Of a stretch of 64,000 bases of DNA, positions 1 to 13,392 are shown in pieces. This DNA comes from Eledone cirrhosa (taxonomy: Eukaryota). Each line of letters begins with the position of its first letter. Within the stretch, counting starts at the first letter, position 1. The notes beneath the pieces are model-generated. The model searched no databases. It was not told the DNA's origin and saw only the letters and a list, made by a program, of their open reading frames with translations. Location: assembly GCA_964016885.1 (NCBI GenBank), contig OZ024745.1:53940001-54004000 (forward strand). The letters are read 5' to 3'. A program made the position numbers and the translations under genes.

Positions 1-140
1 GGTGGTGGATATTAGCAAAAGGAAAGTTCAGTTACAATGTGGCACAAGTGACTCCCTGTTTACATCGTATTTGCATGAACACATGTACAGGAACAAGTTC
101 TACAACTGTGAGCACATTCATTTCTATGTGAACGAATTCT
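1..140 (+). mobile_element. Possible Merlin/IS1016-like transposase C-terminal remnant (frameshifted, truncated by window edge)
   Basis: Manual translation across a frameshift gives WWILAKGK / GTSDSLFTSYLHEHMYRNKF, resembling the W..K...GTS..LF.SYL.EF..R C-terminus of Merlin transposases. Recalled similarity, not a search result. Confidence 0.35.
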
Positions 141-772
141 ATCTTTTCTCTTAAAATTTTACATTTTCTCTTAAAATTTCGTGTTATAAAAATTTGTTTC
201 AAACCAGTTTCGTGTTATATATTTGTTTCAACACATCACTTCCAGTAAGTCCGGTAATTTGGATAAGCTTATTTTGCAGTGTAAAGTAGGAATTAACACA
301 CACAGACATGCAAATATATTAGAATTTCTATTTACGAATTTCTGATCGTAAAGTTAATAGGAAATAATGTGTCAAAACCATAAGTGCTAAGATGCCGGTA
401 TAGTTCTGTTTGGAAAATTTAAAATTTAGTGCCAAAAGCTCTGATTGGTACGCGATTTAATCTCCCTGGAAAACTAATTTGTAACGCTGGATATCGGCTA
501 ATGTAAATGAAACATCATCATGATCACCATCATATTTATACCATACCCACTCCCCAACTCACTGAATAAACTCCCACTCACTCTTTCTATCCCCCTTCAG
601 AATGTTTGGCGCTCTATTTAAGTATCACAACTTCCGGAAGCTGTTTTACTCGATGTTCTTCGGAGTGCCACTGAGCTCTGTATAACACTCAATCCTTCAA
701 TGGACTCACACTAGTGACCCCTAACGGAAACCAGAAACTAGCAAGCAAAACAAAATGGCAACACGCAATTTG

Positions 773-822
<50 letters not shown>

Positions 823-864
823 TGCTCTACTACTGCGGATATAATCCACCAGTGTTCTACCACT

Positions 865-899
<35 letters not shown>

Positions 900-995
900 A
901 TTTTGAATAGTTTTCCTAAGAGGAACGAAGGAGTACAACAGATGCATATTTATTTCATTTGGCTTTAAAAATTTATCGATCTTTTAATAATAATA

Positions 996-1180
996 ATTGT
1001 TTCTACTTTAGGCACAAGGCCAGCAATTACCCATAACATTACTGGTACTTTATTTTATCGACCCCGTAAGGATGAAAAGCAAAGTTGACCTCGGCGGGAT
1101 TTGAACTCAGAATGGCAAGGGCCGTAACTCTATGCGTCAAAGCATAACGTCCGACCCTCTACCGTTACTGCCAATCCACA
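996..1180 (-). mobile_element. tRNA-derived SINE with Meta-SINE-like central domain (dominant SINE of this window)
   Basis: Minus strand reads an A-box-like TGGCAGTAACGG, B box GAGTTCAAATCC, then GAGGTCAACTTTGCTTTTCATCCTTACGGGGTCGATAAAATAAAGTACCAG and a (TTA)n-like tail. Many copies occur in the window. Confidence 0.85.
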
Positions 1181-1747
1181 GTAATAACAAAGAAGAAGAA
1201 AGATTTAAAATTATGAAGGCCAAACAAATGTCTTCACACAATGTTGTAGTCAAGGAACTATCACATTAATATTTTTTCTTTACATCCGGTCATTTTGACG
1301 GGTTCTATGCTAGTATACACACACACACACACACACACATATATATGTGTGTGTGTGTGTATGTGTTGTGTATGTATGTGTGAGTGTGTGTGTGAGAGAG
1401 AGAGAGAGAGAAAGAGAGTGAGAGAGAGAGAAAAGATATTGAAATAAAAAAGGGAATGAGAAAATTAATAAGCCAACCCACCCCCCTCTCTATTAGACCT
1501 CCCTGATCAACCAAACAACACAGGAGAACAATACACTACAATATGGACATATATTAGTTTAACGCTTGATATAGTAGGGAAAAGAATCTTAACCTTTCAT
1601 CGGAAGATGGATAGAAGAAGAAATAGAAAGCGAGTGTGTGTATCTAGCTATCTAAACTATAATAAAGGAAGGTCTGCGGGATTGCGTACGGTTTATTTAT
1701 TTTTTTTATCCTGTTTGTAAAATAAGTTGGATTACTTTGAATAAATA

Positions 1748-1846
1748 ATTGTTTCTACTTTTGGCACAAGGCCAGCAATTTCCCAGTGTATTACTGGTAT
1801 TTTATTTTATCGACCCCGTAAGGATGAAAGGCAAAGTTAACCTCGG
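1748..1846 (-). mobile_element. Partial copy of the same SINE
   Basis: Near-identical to 996-1095 (ggcacaaggccagcaatt...ttttatcgaccccgtaaggatgaaaggcaaagttaacctcgg). Confidence 0.85.
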
Positions 1847-2077
1847 AATAAATAATGAATGAATATTACATAATTTATCTACTCAATATCGTAAACAAAA
1901 ATAATTTCGTAAAAATAAATAATTTAAAATTGACTTCTTTTCAAAGTTGCACTTTCGGTATATCGTCGCCACTTCAACTACCATATATATAGAAAGAGAG
2001 AGTGTGTGATGTCAACACTTCCGGTGACGATCGCTTAAATAAACATACTAATTTTCTCCTAATGCAGTTTATATATA

Positions 2078-2520
2078 ACTAGCAGAGGTACCCGGCGTTG
2101 CTCGGATATTAAATAGCAGTTGTGTATACCATTTATGTCAATACTTCAGTGCTGCTTCGAAAAGTATACTTTTACAAAATCATCGGCTATGTCCAAAAGG
2201 GTGTTCCTGCCCCCCCCCCAGAGGTCCCCTACTTAATATGTGCCAATTCTGAGAGTTCACATTCATCTGTAGGACAAACGTAGCCCATGTGTCAAGTTTT
2301 GTGAAAATCGGTTGCGAACTCCAGAAGTTATGACGTTTTGTTGCATTGCACTGCACTGCTTCAGTCGACTCCAAGGAAGTGATTAAAGTGGTTAAAGGGG
2401 TTATCTGCCGGGGGGGGGGGGCTATAATCAATATCTGGAAAAATGACAGTGACCATCCGGAGTACATAAGTAACCTATGTCTTAAGTTTGGTGAAAATAC
2501 TGTAGAAATGCATAAGATTT
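2078..2520 (-). mobile_element. Helitron-like non-autonomous element, 3' end at 2078
   Basis: Minus strand ends CCGAGCAACGCCGGGTACCTCTGCTAGT, a GC-rich subterminal hairpin followed by CTAG, the canonical Helitron 3' signature. The internal motif caagttttgtgaaaatcgg recurs at ~2483. The 5' boundary is uncertain. Confidence 0.5.
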
Positions 2521-2659
2521 ATACATACGCGCGTGCGTTCGTGTGTGTGTGTGTTTGTGTGTGTGTGTGGGGAGGTTTATGTATTTGTGTGTGCGTATGT
2601 GTGTGTATGTGTGTGTGTGTGTGTATGTATTTGTGTGTGTATGTGTATGTCCGTCGAGG

Positions 2660-2990
2660 CATATGTATGTACTGGCCTAAATCTTCACTATTTACTTTTC
2701 ATTTTCGTTTTCAATTTTATTTACATCATTCTTAAACTCCGGGGCTGGAAATCATTCTGTTATTTTAAATAGAATATTAGTCTAATGACTCCATTTATAC
2801 CACAAACTTGGTCTTGTCTTTGCATGAAATTGTTCTTTACGTTCCACATAACGACGTATTATCCTCGCTTTTTTCCGTTCATTGCCAGGGAACGTCTTCA
2901 CGAACCAAAATATCATCTTCCTGTTTTCGTTCGGTTGCAACGTTTCTCGAAATATTTACTTCTGCGTTCACAGATTACTCTCAGTTCAAT
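2660..2990 (+). mobile_element. Diverged solo fragment of the Penelope-like element 3' UTR/pLTR
   Basis: Aligns by eye with 39810-40255, e.g. ttttccgttcattgccagggaacgtc...cggttgcaacgttt...acttctgcgttcacagatt. Confidence 0.75.
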
Positions 2991-3040
2991 TTGAATGGGA
3001 AATTCCTGTTTCATCGATTTTCTCCGTAACCATGGAAGCT

Positions 3041-3815
3041 TGTAGTAGCCAAAAGTTTATTAACAGCGAAATAACATGGTCTTTGATATGTTATTTTAAA
3101 TAAGACAATGAATTGAAAAATACTACTTACTGTTAGTGGTGGTTAACATGTATTAGAAATATAATGAAAATGATATCTGAAAAAACGTACTTGAGAACAT
3201 GACTCCCTTCTTCGCAATTTAAGGGTTTTATTTCTTTTGATGGAAAACAGTGACTGTTTTCGGTTTGGCATTTCGTAAAATGGTACTGCAGAATTGATTT
3301 CATAAAACGGTACTGTATGATAGTTTACACTTTGATTGTCCTGGTCAACAAGAGGGGCCTCTATATATTAGATATTTATTAGAAGAGGGGGAAATAACTA
3401 ACCCCAGTATTGGAACAGGGGGTTCGCAATGTAAGGGTTTTATTTCTTTTGTTAGAAAACAGTTACCTTTTTCGTTTTGGCATTTCGTAAAATTCTACTG
3501 CAGAATCGATTTCATAAAACAGTACTGTATGATCGTTATAGTTTAAAAATGAAAATGAAACGTACTGTAGTAGCCAACAGTTTATTAACAGCGAAATAAC
3601 GTTGTCTATGATATGTTATTTTAAATAAGACAATGAATCGAAAAATACTACTTACTGTTAGTGGTGGCTAACATGTATTAGAAATAAAATGAAAATGATA
3701 TCTGAAAATACGTACTTGAGAATATGACTCCCTTCTTCGCATTTTAAGGGTTTTATATCTTTTGATGGAAAACAGTGACCGTTTTCAGATTGGCATTTCG
3801 TAAAATGGTACTGTA
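3041..3815 (+). repeat. Local direct duplication of a ~250-bp unit (3041-3290 and 3566-3815) with a partial third copy near 3432-3530
   Basis: tgtagtagcc(a/c)aagtttattaacagcgaaataac...ggcatttcgtaaaatggtactg occurs twice about 525 bp apart. Confidence 0.85.
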
Positions 3816-4773
3816 TGTTAACAGCGAAAGAAAGCTGCGAAAGAACGTAGCGAAATAAATTGATGAGTTAGTATTAGAACAGGGGGAAATAACTCACCGA
3901 ACGTGATAGTCTTGGAGCCCCAGGGACCACATTTTTCAAGTTAGAGATTTGAAACCTCGTCTATTTGCTTCCGTGGCACTTTTTACATAGGTGTGTAAAT
4001 TTTCATGTCCGCCCGACCACATACGACAGTGTAACGCAGTCTTCGTTCAATTTCTGTGTATATTGTCAATTACGATTTTATTTTATGTATCATATCTACA
4101 TATATATATACCTGCGTATAATATCAATATACACACTACACATGCTAGCAGAAAACCACCCGAAGGGTGGTTTTTCTGCTAGTAATTATAATAACGAATA
4201 ATATTCGTATATATGTTGACCTATATGCTGCGTTGAATCATGTATGCATATAGACATTTATTAACTGGTATATCGAGTTTTCTCTATTCACATATATAAT
4301 TTATAATTTTCGCTTTTGAACACTTGAATGAACTTATGTCGACCGTAGTCTTTTAAAGCAATTACTAATTTGGATGTCTCTTTTTGTATATATATATAAT
4401 CATGATATTTTAGGCTTTTTAGAAATAATTTCTGGTGATAGCCCAGTTAATATAAACTGTTCATTTTCTCTAAAAACTAAAAGATAATCAATGCTTCCTA
4501 TCAGAGTTTCGTGGGTATGTAATTTCACGTATCGATATTTCAAGTGATATTACTCGATTTCGACACCTACTAAAATGAAAGGGAGACAGTGAGTTTGTCA
4601 GTACGTGCTTGCTCTACCTGCGAAATTCTTGTAATCGCACCTTATAAAAGGACACATTGATAATATGAATTTTCGCAATATAAAATAATGGGATGACATG
4701 GCTGGAGCTCCTTTCATCGTATGTCTGCTCAACCACGGTTGGCCTTGGGATAACCAAAGATATAAGTAGCGAA

Positions 4774-4852
4774 AAGAAGAAGAAGAAGAAGAAGAAGAAG
4801 AAGAAGAAGAAGAAGAAGAAGAAGAAGAAGAAGAACAACAACAACAACAACA
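4774..4852 (+). repeat. (GAA)n-(CAA)n microsatellite, probably a retroelement tail
   Basis: Direct reading of the sequence. Confidence 0.9.
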
Positions 4853-5149
4853 AAGGAATCCTCTACGTGATCGCACGGCTTGATGGAAATAACCGACTAT
4901 TATTTCCCAAATTTATTCTCCACTGTTATGAAAGGGGAGTGAGCGATACTTTAGATAATATACTCCTACTATGTTTAGATAGGCGTACTTGTGGTCTTGA
5001 TCGGAAAACCTTTGATCATAGTATTGGTTAGGCACAGCTACTTGGGTTCGTACAACAGCAACAACAACAAAAAACAACCACAACAAAGAATTGATTTATT
5101 TTAGTCACAAATAATACCAACAATTATTTACTTTATTTTTATTCCGAAG

Positions 5150-6430
5150 GACATTCATCTCTCTCAGTTATATCAGAAACGATCATTCTCAGTGAATTCA
5201 ATGCAGAAGATGTTTTCTGGCGCTCGTACTACTTCCACACAGACAGTGCGGACTCAAAAGCTGAATCCTTTGCCATACTCAAAAAACTACATCATTTAAA
5301 ACCAACCCGTACCCATACAACCCCAAACCAGATATTCATCCCCCCCCCCCCGTCTAATCTGATCACCAAATCGACTGCAACATCAACTCAACATATTACA
5401 CACCATCTCCTCATTCAAAACTTCTACGAACTGGTGGGACTTTCACCAGTTAGTAGAAGTTTACATCCGACACCTGGAAGCGTTACATCTGACTCTAATA
5501 AAGCAGTTAACCACCCTCTAAGACTTGTTTATTCATATATTTCCCTTAGCCAATGTTCAATATCTGAAATTCCTTTTCGAATAACATTTCCCACAAAATC
5601 TGGAGCAATTCACATCACTTTTTCTTAGGAAGCGTATTCAAGCCAGCGCAACGCCTACAAGACAACCAACAGAAGAAGCACATATGCAATTACTCCGTGT
5701 TTATGCTTTCTCGGTACTTCTAGTTACTTACCAAGAGTATCACTATAAATGTTGCTCAATGTTTTTGCTAATACTCTTGAAGCAAATTACCCCTTAAAAA
5801 GCCCATTTGCTGTTAATTTTGCTTTTAATTTCCCACCGCACTTACTCAATAAAACTACGAAGCTCCACTTTTCCACTTCGCCATTCTCACACCACTAATT
5901 AAACAGAATGGACATTAACGAAAGTTACTCAAGATGTTATGATCGGACAACGTGACAAGCTCTGATCATATCCCTTTCCTTAACTTCAAATAGAGCGTTC
6001 CAGGACTGGCTCTTATCCTCGGTAAGCTCTTCAATCTTTTTTTCCCTACGTGGATCTATACCAGTCTTTCAAAACATACTAAAATATGTTCGAGACCCAC
6101 GAACGCCAATCATTCCGATGACTATGGTAACTTTTGTCCATCCGTAATTGTTACTAAAATTTAAAGGGGGATGAAAACAAATAACTAACAATTCATCTTT
6201 CATCAATCTTAGTAGCTGCTCCTCTTCAAAGGCCGACAGACCATTTTCTGTAGCACCAGATTTATTAGAAACATATCCTTATATGCCCTCTTCCCACCTA
6301 CTAATTGATCTGTCAATATTTGGATGATAGGACATTTCTTGCTAGACCACTCCATTGAGTCGTGTGCTGAGGAGCTTCTTTTCGATCCATATTTTATCTA
6401 TTCTGGTGTTGAAGATTCGGTTATGTCTCC
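5150..6430 (+). mobile_element. Highly decayed CR1/Jockey-type LINE (APE endonuclease to start of RT)
   Basis: Fragmentary peptides such as ETIILSEFNA (GDFNA-like motif) and TDSADSKAESFAIL, then a C/A-rich coding-like strand bias. Many stops and frameshifts. Confidence 0.35.
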
Positions 6431-7039
6431 TATAGTCTTCATTTTGTAAATTAACTATTTACATGCTGTTGTTTTAAACAAAACTGACTCCCAAGCAGAA
6501 ATCAGTGTTTATTTTTTCTTAATCTTAAAACAAGCGTCATCCATTCGCAAACTAGACACATCACGCTAGACGTGTACTGTCCACATAAACAAATTTAATT
6601 CAGGAAAACATCCTTCAGTGATGACAAGACAAATTCATCCCTTCCAACAACATAGGGTCACGAACACGATACATACGTAGTTATGTATCTCTCCGTCTTT
6701 ACTCATCAATATAATACAATTAACACTTTCATATTCCTTTGTGTATGTAACGATTAGGAAACTTATACATCTAGAAAATTAAAAAAATATCTGTTACTGC
6801 TTCATTAAACTAAATTTTCAGATAGAAATTCTATTGTTATTTTAGATTAAATATTATTTTATAAAAAGTAATTTCATTTAACGTATATTTAGGCTTCTGC
6901 TTATTAATACAGTATTTTACATCGTAGTGTGGAAGGCAGTACACAGGAATTGGTCGCTCCTATAAATTTAATCCAGAGAAATAGTCTAAAAGTCCTAATT
7001 TTGCATGCGTGTGTGTTTGTATATGTCTACATACATACA

Positions 7040-7485
<446 letters not shown>

Positions 7486-7729
7486 TGTGGGTGTTAATTG
7501 TGAAGGAGTGCAGTGTTGTATAATTGTGTAATATTGCTTCAGGAGCAGACGTTAATTTATTCAGCAAAGTCCGTAACTTGTTCCAATATGCTACTATTTC
7601 CTATTTGCACATTAACTATTTCCATTTTCCCTCCGTATGAGTTTCAGGCATAACGTAGCGCGAAGTCAGGAACATTTTGACTGCTAGCCAGGTCACTTTT
7701 GTTGTTGTTGTTGCAAGCTTTTGCTGCTA

Positions 7730-7762
<33 letters not shown>

Positions 7763-8294
7763 CACAGCACGGTGTTATTTTTATATTTATTTATGTACAA
7801 ACTCTATCAGCTCGTATGACTCACCCCAGCTTGCATTGGGTGACATTTTAGAGCGATGATGCCAGTACGATACAAAGGAAATACTATCGCGTTCGATACA
7901 CATCTTTCTCTCCCTTTCCTTCTCTCCCCTTAGTTCTACCTTCTCCGTATGTATGCGTGTGAGTAAACACACATAGAATCACACACACGCACACATACAC
8001 ACACTCATAACACACACTTTCACACACGGACAGAGAAGATATTACTCATTCTATTTACCCCTCTCCTCTTTGCCCTCTTTCTTTCCTCCTTCCTTCCATA
8101 TTGGTGCTCCTGTTGAATAATTACCGCTTTCTTGTCAAGCTCAATAATAATTAGGTTTCTTAATGGTTAATTTTGATCTTAGCAGTCACAAAGCGTTACA
8201 AAGTACTTCGACTTTCTCCGTGTGCGTCTCTCTGTCTCTCTTTACAGCTATTTATTATAAGTGTTTTGTTTCGCGTGTATGTGTAAGCTTGTTT

Positions 8295-8660
<366 letters not shown>

Positions 8661-9494
8661 ACACTACGCAACTGATTAATTTAGCCTAAGCTGATTAGGC
8701 TAACAAGAAATAAGTCATAAAAGCTAGTTCTGTTAAAAGTTTTCGTAATTAACAGCTAAAATTCAAAACAGTTCTTTTGAAATTGGTCTTGAAGGAGTGG
8801 TCAATATATCACAAATGAAGAACGCTATCGAAAAGCAATGCAATCAATTTGAAGATTTTTCGAACTGGTAAAATCAATAAAGAATGAAGTGTAAAAGACT
8901 AAAAGACATCTGAAATATATAAGATTTTACAGCTCTCATATTAAGAGCAAGTAAGTTGGAAAACCGTTTTGAACTCTGTGAGTATATAAACTCCCCTTCA
9001 CGTGTGTGTGTGTATGTATGTGTGTGTGTGTAGGTATGTATGTGTGTGTACGTACATATGTATTTATATGTATGTATATGTGTGTATACGTATGTATATA
9101 TGTATGTATGTACGTGCGTATATAAGTAGGACTAAAAACAAAACCTGTCAAAGGGCAAAGGAGCTCTTAAGAGTCAATGGCCATCCAAAATCACCGGGAG
9201 AGATGACCCCTTTAGCCTTAGTCAAGGCAGAATTCTAGGAGAAGGAAAACTCTGATATAACACCTGCAACCCTGATGGTATCCAATGATGTTGACTTGTT
9301 CTTCTTTTTGGTAAATAGCATCTTGGTTAAGAGAGTGGGACTGGCTTTGTGCAGTGCCTTTGCTCACTATAAAAGCTTCACGGCACAGGCATTGCTTTAT
9401 ATCTGGAGATCTCTCTGCACTTGTCCTCACATGGGCCCAGCACTATGTGTCAATAATTGTCCTACCATGGGCCTAGCACTATGTGTCAATAATT

Positions 9495-9822
9495 GTCACA
9501 GGTGTAGTGTTTGTACCAGAGGTTTCAAGTCGCTGGCTGGACTAAAAAGTCACACTCGTTCAGCGCTTCGGTAGGGGTTATCCTACATGGATGTAAAGTA
9601 GTGGCCGTACTCGAAAACGAGTTGGCAGCCACCATATAAGTATGTATGTACGTATGTATGTATGTATGTATGTGTGTATGTATGTATGTACGTACGTATG
9701 TATGTACGTATGTATGTACGTACGTACGTATGTTTGTATGTATGTATGTATGTATGTATGTATGTATGTATGTATGTATGTATGTATGTATGTATATACG
9801 TACGTATGTATGTATGTATGTG
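9495..9822 (+). mobile_element. 3' end of a LINE with a C2H2-like finger, short 3' UTR and (TATG)n tail
   Basis: HRCSVCTRGFKSLAGLKSHTR* ends at 9574, followed by ~65 nt and a long (TATG)n tract. This matches the C-terminal finger layout of some RTE-type LINEs. Confidence 0.5.
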
Positions 9823-10985
9823 TGAAGGCATGTGGTTTAGTGATTAGAGCGTTTGGCTGACGATTGTAACGTCGGACGTTCGATTCCTCGACTCAGCGGC
9901 TCGGAGCGAAGTGGTGATATTTGTGAACCGGTTGGACCATACACCTCCCTGAGCAGACTATATAGGAGCTTTGTATCATGTCTATCTGAGGCCTTTTCGA
10001 TTTTATCAGCCTTTTGTAAAAATAATTAACTGAGGACAGTAAATTAATTTATTATGGTTAACTGATGAGTCTTATTAATTTGGAATTTCACCTTAGCCCT
10101 CACAGGATCAACAGACATAACTGAAGTTTCAATGACTGAGACAGTAAGAATAGGGGAACATTCAAGTGGGAGAGATAGGTGCTTTTGAAAGCTGTGTGTA
10201 GGGAGTGAAGAAAGTTATGAAAAGAGAAAGGCGAAGAAAAGAAGGTACGGGCATGGTGTGATTATGAAAAAAATTGATAATAGTAATTAGTACGATTAGC
10301 AAAAGGGGTGAAGTTGCGGGTGATGATGATGATGATGATGAACAGAGTAAATGAAATGAATAGAAAATAACTTGAGTGGGTAGGTGGGCATATATCAATT
10401 GGTGGGGGTGAATAAAATATTCACTGAAAAATATTTACTGAAAAATATTTACTGAAAAATATTTACTGAAAAATAGAATTAGCTGAGAAAATATTGGTGT
10501 GGTATATACAATGATGATGATAGAGTTTAAGTAGAAAGAAACAGTAGAATAGTTATGATCTTTGTATTGTGGTAGTGGATGGAGGAAATCAGATGAAACG
10601 GTTCAGTAGATTTCTGCTTGTGGGTGATGATGGTGGTGGGGTATGGTAATGTATAAAACGGTGATGGTGATAAAAATTGCTTTGATAGGTAGGTGAGTGT
10701 ATCAAATATTTAGTGGATATTAGATTTACTTTGGCAAACAGTTGGTGACAATAATGATGAAGTAGGAGTAATTATGAGAAAGAAGAGAAAAAGGGATATC
10801 GAAAGAAAATGAAAAGGAAAAAGAAGTAAAAGAAGTAAAAGAAATTGATATGATATACAGAGTGGTGATGATGACGAAGAGAAAGAAGTGAAATTAGTGA
10901 AATTTGCAAAAGAGGAAGTTTAAAGTTATGTTGAATAGATGGATAGGTGAGTTTGTATCAATTGGTGGAGGTGGATAAAATATAT

Positions 10986-11152
10986 AATTGTTTCTATTTT
11001 TGGCACAAGGCCAGCAATTACTCAGTACATTACTGGTACTTTATTTTATCGACCCCGTAAGGATGAAAGGCAAAGTTAACCTCGGCGGGATTTGAACTCA
11101 GATCATAAAGGGACGTATCTCATGGTGTCCGACTCTACCGATACTACCAATC
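10986..11152 (-). mobile_element. SINE copy (same family as 996-1180)
   Basis: ggcacaaggccagcaatt...gaccccgtaaggatgaaaggcaaagttaacctcggcgggatttgaactcag. Confidence 0.85.
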
Positions 11153-11771
11153 TACCAAAAAATATATAATATTTAGTGGATAATGGAATGTAGCCGTGGC
11201 GACTTCTGGTGTCCTTGGCCCTAGGACCACCTCTCTACTCACCACCATCGGCAAAGAGTTCGCTACCTGCATGTGTGAGCCTCGCGCGCTAGAATGGCCC
11301 TTCCAGCGTCTCTCCCTTACCACCCACCGGGGAAAAGCCATAATTTGCTCATAATAGTGAGTGATGGGGAGAGCGGGAGAGATGAAGGCAGTGACAGTCG
11401 GAGTTTGGTTCCATTGTATTCGGACCTGATGTATATGTGTATATTTATTTACTGCACCATTCAGGACCATTTCAGAAATGAAAGGGGTGAAAATTATTGT
11501 ACCTGGAGATTGTAAAATATTAAGAAAAAATTGATTTGGGCTTATTAATCTCAACAGAGAACTCAGTTGTTTTGAAAGAAAAGCTGATATGACTTTATTT
11601 AATATGGGATATAAATATATATAGGTTGAACATAGCGCATTCCGACCGATGTAAACTGATGTATAAAATAACATAGAATGCTTGATGAATACTTAACAAT
11701 AAATTAGGATATTTAGAGCTGAATTCGAAACCTACACTCATATGTATATATGTATTTATATATATATAAGT

Positions 11772-11880
11772 TGGAATAGAATGAAACGAAATTTCATTTC
11801 TCACTCTTAGTACGGCACTTACTTAAATGTAAGTATGTATGTATACGTACATACATATATGTATACAGACGTACAGTAGC

Positions 11881-11961
<81 letters not shown>

Positions 11962-12131
11962 CCGGTACACATATATATATATGTACGTATCAGTTTAGCG
12001 GACGTTTATTATAACGCTCGCTTTGTCCGTTTGTAAACAAACTGACAGCCTGATTTATGCCGTACGGTGTTAAGGCAACCACGTCACCTTTTTGTTCAAC
12101 ACTGACACAGGAACGATGTACTAGTTTCAAG

Positions 12132-12132
<1 letters not shown>
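11772..12132 (-). mobile_element. Retrozyme-like element copy, homologous to the 468-bp repeat unit, starting with the 3' half of a hammerhead
   Basis: Minus strand begins GAAA-CTAG-TA-CATCG (12128-12114). The body aligns with 12895-13148 and with the 468-bp unit. It is flanked and interrupted by (TA)n. Confidence 0.7.
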
Positions 12133-12180
<48 letters not shown>

Positions 12181-12276
12181 ACGGTTAAAATTCCCGAGAT
12201 CCATGGACGAGTTCTCTCCAGCGGTCTCTGTCCCTCATTATCGCTGCCATGTCCTGCGTCTCCAACAGACCAGGAC

Positions 12277-12310
<34 letters not shown>

Positions 12311-12314
<4 letters not shown>

Positions 12315-12546
12315 GACGATATGTTATGTCTTCATTACGTTTATTGAGTAGTGACCTGCGTTTCAATATTTATCAGCTCAAGGTTCGATCTGTATCGATC
12401 TAGCCCGACTCATTACAACAACAGAGTTCCGAAGAGCTTTTGATTCCAGAGTCGGGCTAGATCGATACATATCGAACCTTGAGCTGATCAATCGCGAAAC
12501 GCGTGTCACTACTCAATAAACGTAATAAAGACATAACATGTCCTTT
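12311..12546. repeat. Inverted repeat, ~100-bp arms (12311-12411 / 12449-12546), each with a degenerate hammerhead-like core
   Basis: Arms are reverse complements. Plus arm reads gagCTGATCAatcgcGAAAcgcgtgtcactactcAATAAA; minus arm reads gagCTGATAAatattGAAAcgcaggtcactactcAATAAA. Confidence 0.8.
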
Positions 12547-12749
12547 TTATTATTACACTCTGCTTTGCTCTACACCTCTATACTTACTGGAAACTACGCA
12601 TCGAGTACTCACTCTGGTGAACCTACAGTAACTGGACGTTACAATCCCTAGCTATGTATATATATATATAACGAAGGAAGTGTGGTAAGCAACCAGATGG
12701 ACCATAACGCACCAGAGTACTCAATACATAGCAGAGTATAAATATTTAG

Positions 12750-12860
12750 TATAGAAATGGCTTCTACAGGGCTAGAACTGTTTCATTCGAAGGAAATCAT
12801 CAGGAAAGCCCTGATGATTTCCTTCGAATGAAACAGTTCTAGTCCTGTAGAAGGCATTTC

Positions 12861-12864
<4 letters not shown>
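12750..12864. repeat. Palindrome (55-bp arms, 5-nt spacer) giving two back-to-back hammerhead cores
   Basis: ...gaaatcatcagg aaagc cctgatgatttc... The plus arm has CTGATGA...GAAAcagttctagtcctgTAgaagg but a truncated stem I. Confidence 0.9.
12759..12810 (-). ncRNA. Type I hammerhead ribozyme motif
   Basis: GGCUUUC-CUGAUGA-UUUCCUUCGAAU-GAAA-CAGUUCUAGCCCUG-UA-GAAGCC. The core is intact, stem I is GGCUU(U)C/GAAGCC, stem III is ACAG/CUGU, and the triplet is GUA. Stem II opens with a U-U mismatch. Confidence 0.75.
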
Positions 12865-12894
<30 letters not shown>

Positions 12895-12895
<1 letters not shown>

Positions 12896-13392
12896 AGTAT
12901 GCATGTATACGTACATACATATATGTATACAGACGTACAGTAGCATGCACATATATATATATATATATATATACATACACATATATATACATATGCATAC
13001 AGGTACACATACATATATGCACGTATCAGTTTAGCGGCGCTAACGTCGCTTTGTTCGTTTGTAAACAAACTGAACAGCCTGAATTTATGCCATACGGTGT
13101 TAAGGCAACCACGTCACCTTTTTGTTCAACACTGACACAGGAACGATGTGTCAGTGTTGAACAAAAAGGTGACGTGGTTGCCTTAACACCGTATGGCATA
13201 AATTCAGGCTGTTCAGTTTGTTTACAAACGAACAAAGCGACGTTAGCGCCGCTAAACTGATACGTGCATATATGTATGTGTACCTGTATGCATATGTATA
13301 TATATGTGTATGTATATATATATATATATATATATGTGCATGCTACTGTACGTCTGTATACATATATGTATGTACGTATACATGCATACTTA
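12895..13392. repeat. Near-perfect palindrome, ~245-bp arms, 7-nt loop (GGAACGA, 13140-13146); right arm continues unpaired to ~13445
   Basis: Arms are reverse complements, as shown by mirror-image ORFs 12772-13068(-) and 13218-13403(+). Confidence 0.95.

Noticed and set aside
9826-9900. tRNA-like A/B box sequence
   Set aside because: There is no full cloverleaf. It is more likely the head of a tRNA-derived SINE than a tRNA gene.
10030-10090. CTGAGGA and CTGATGA motifs
   Set aside because: There is no downstream GAAA or pairing stems, so these are chance matches.
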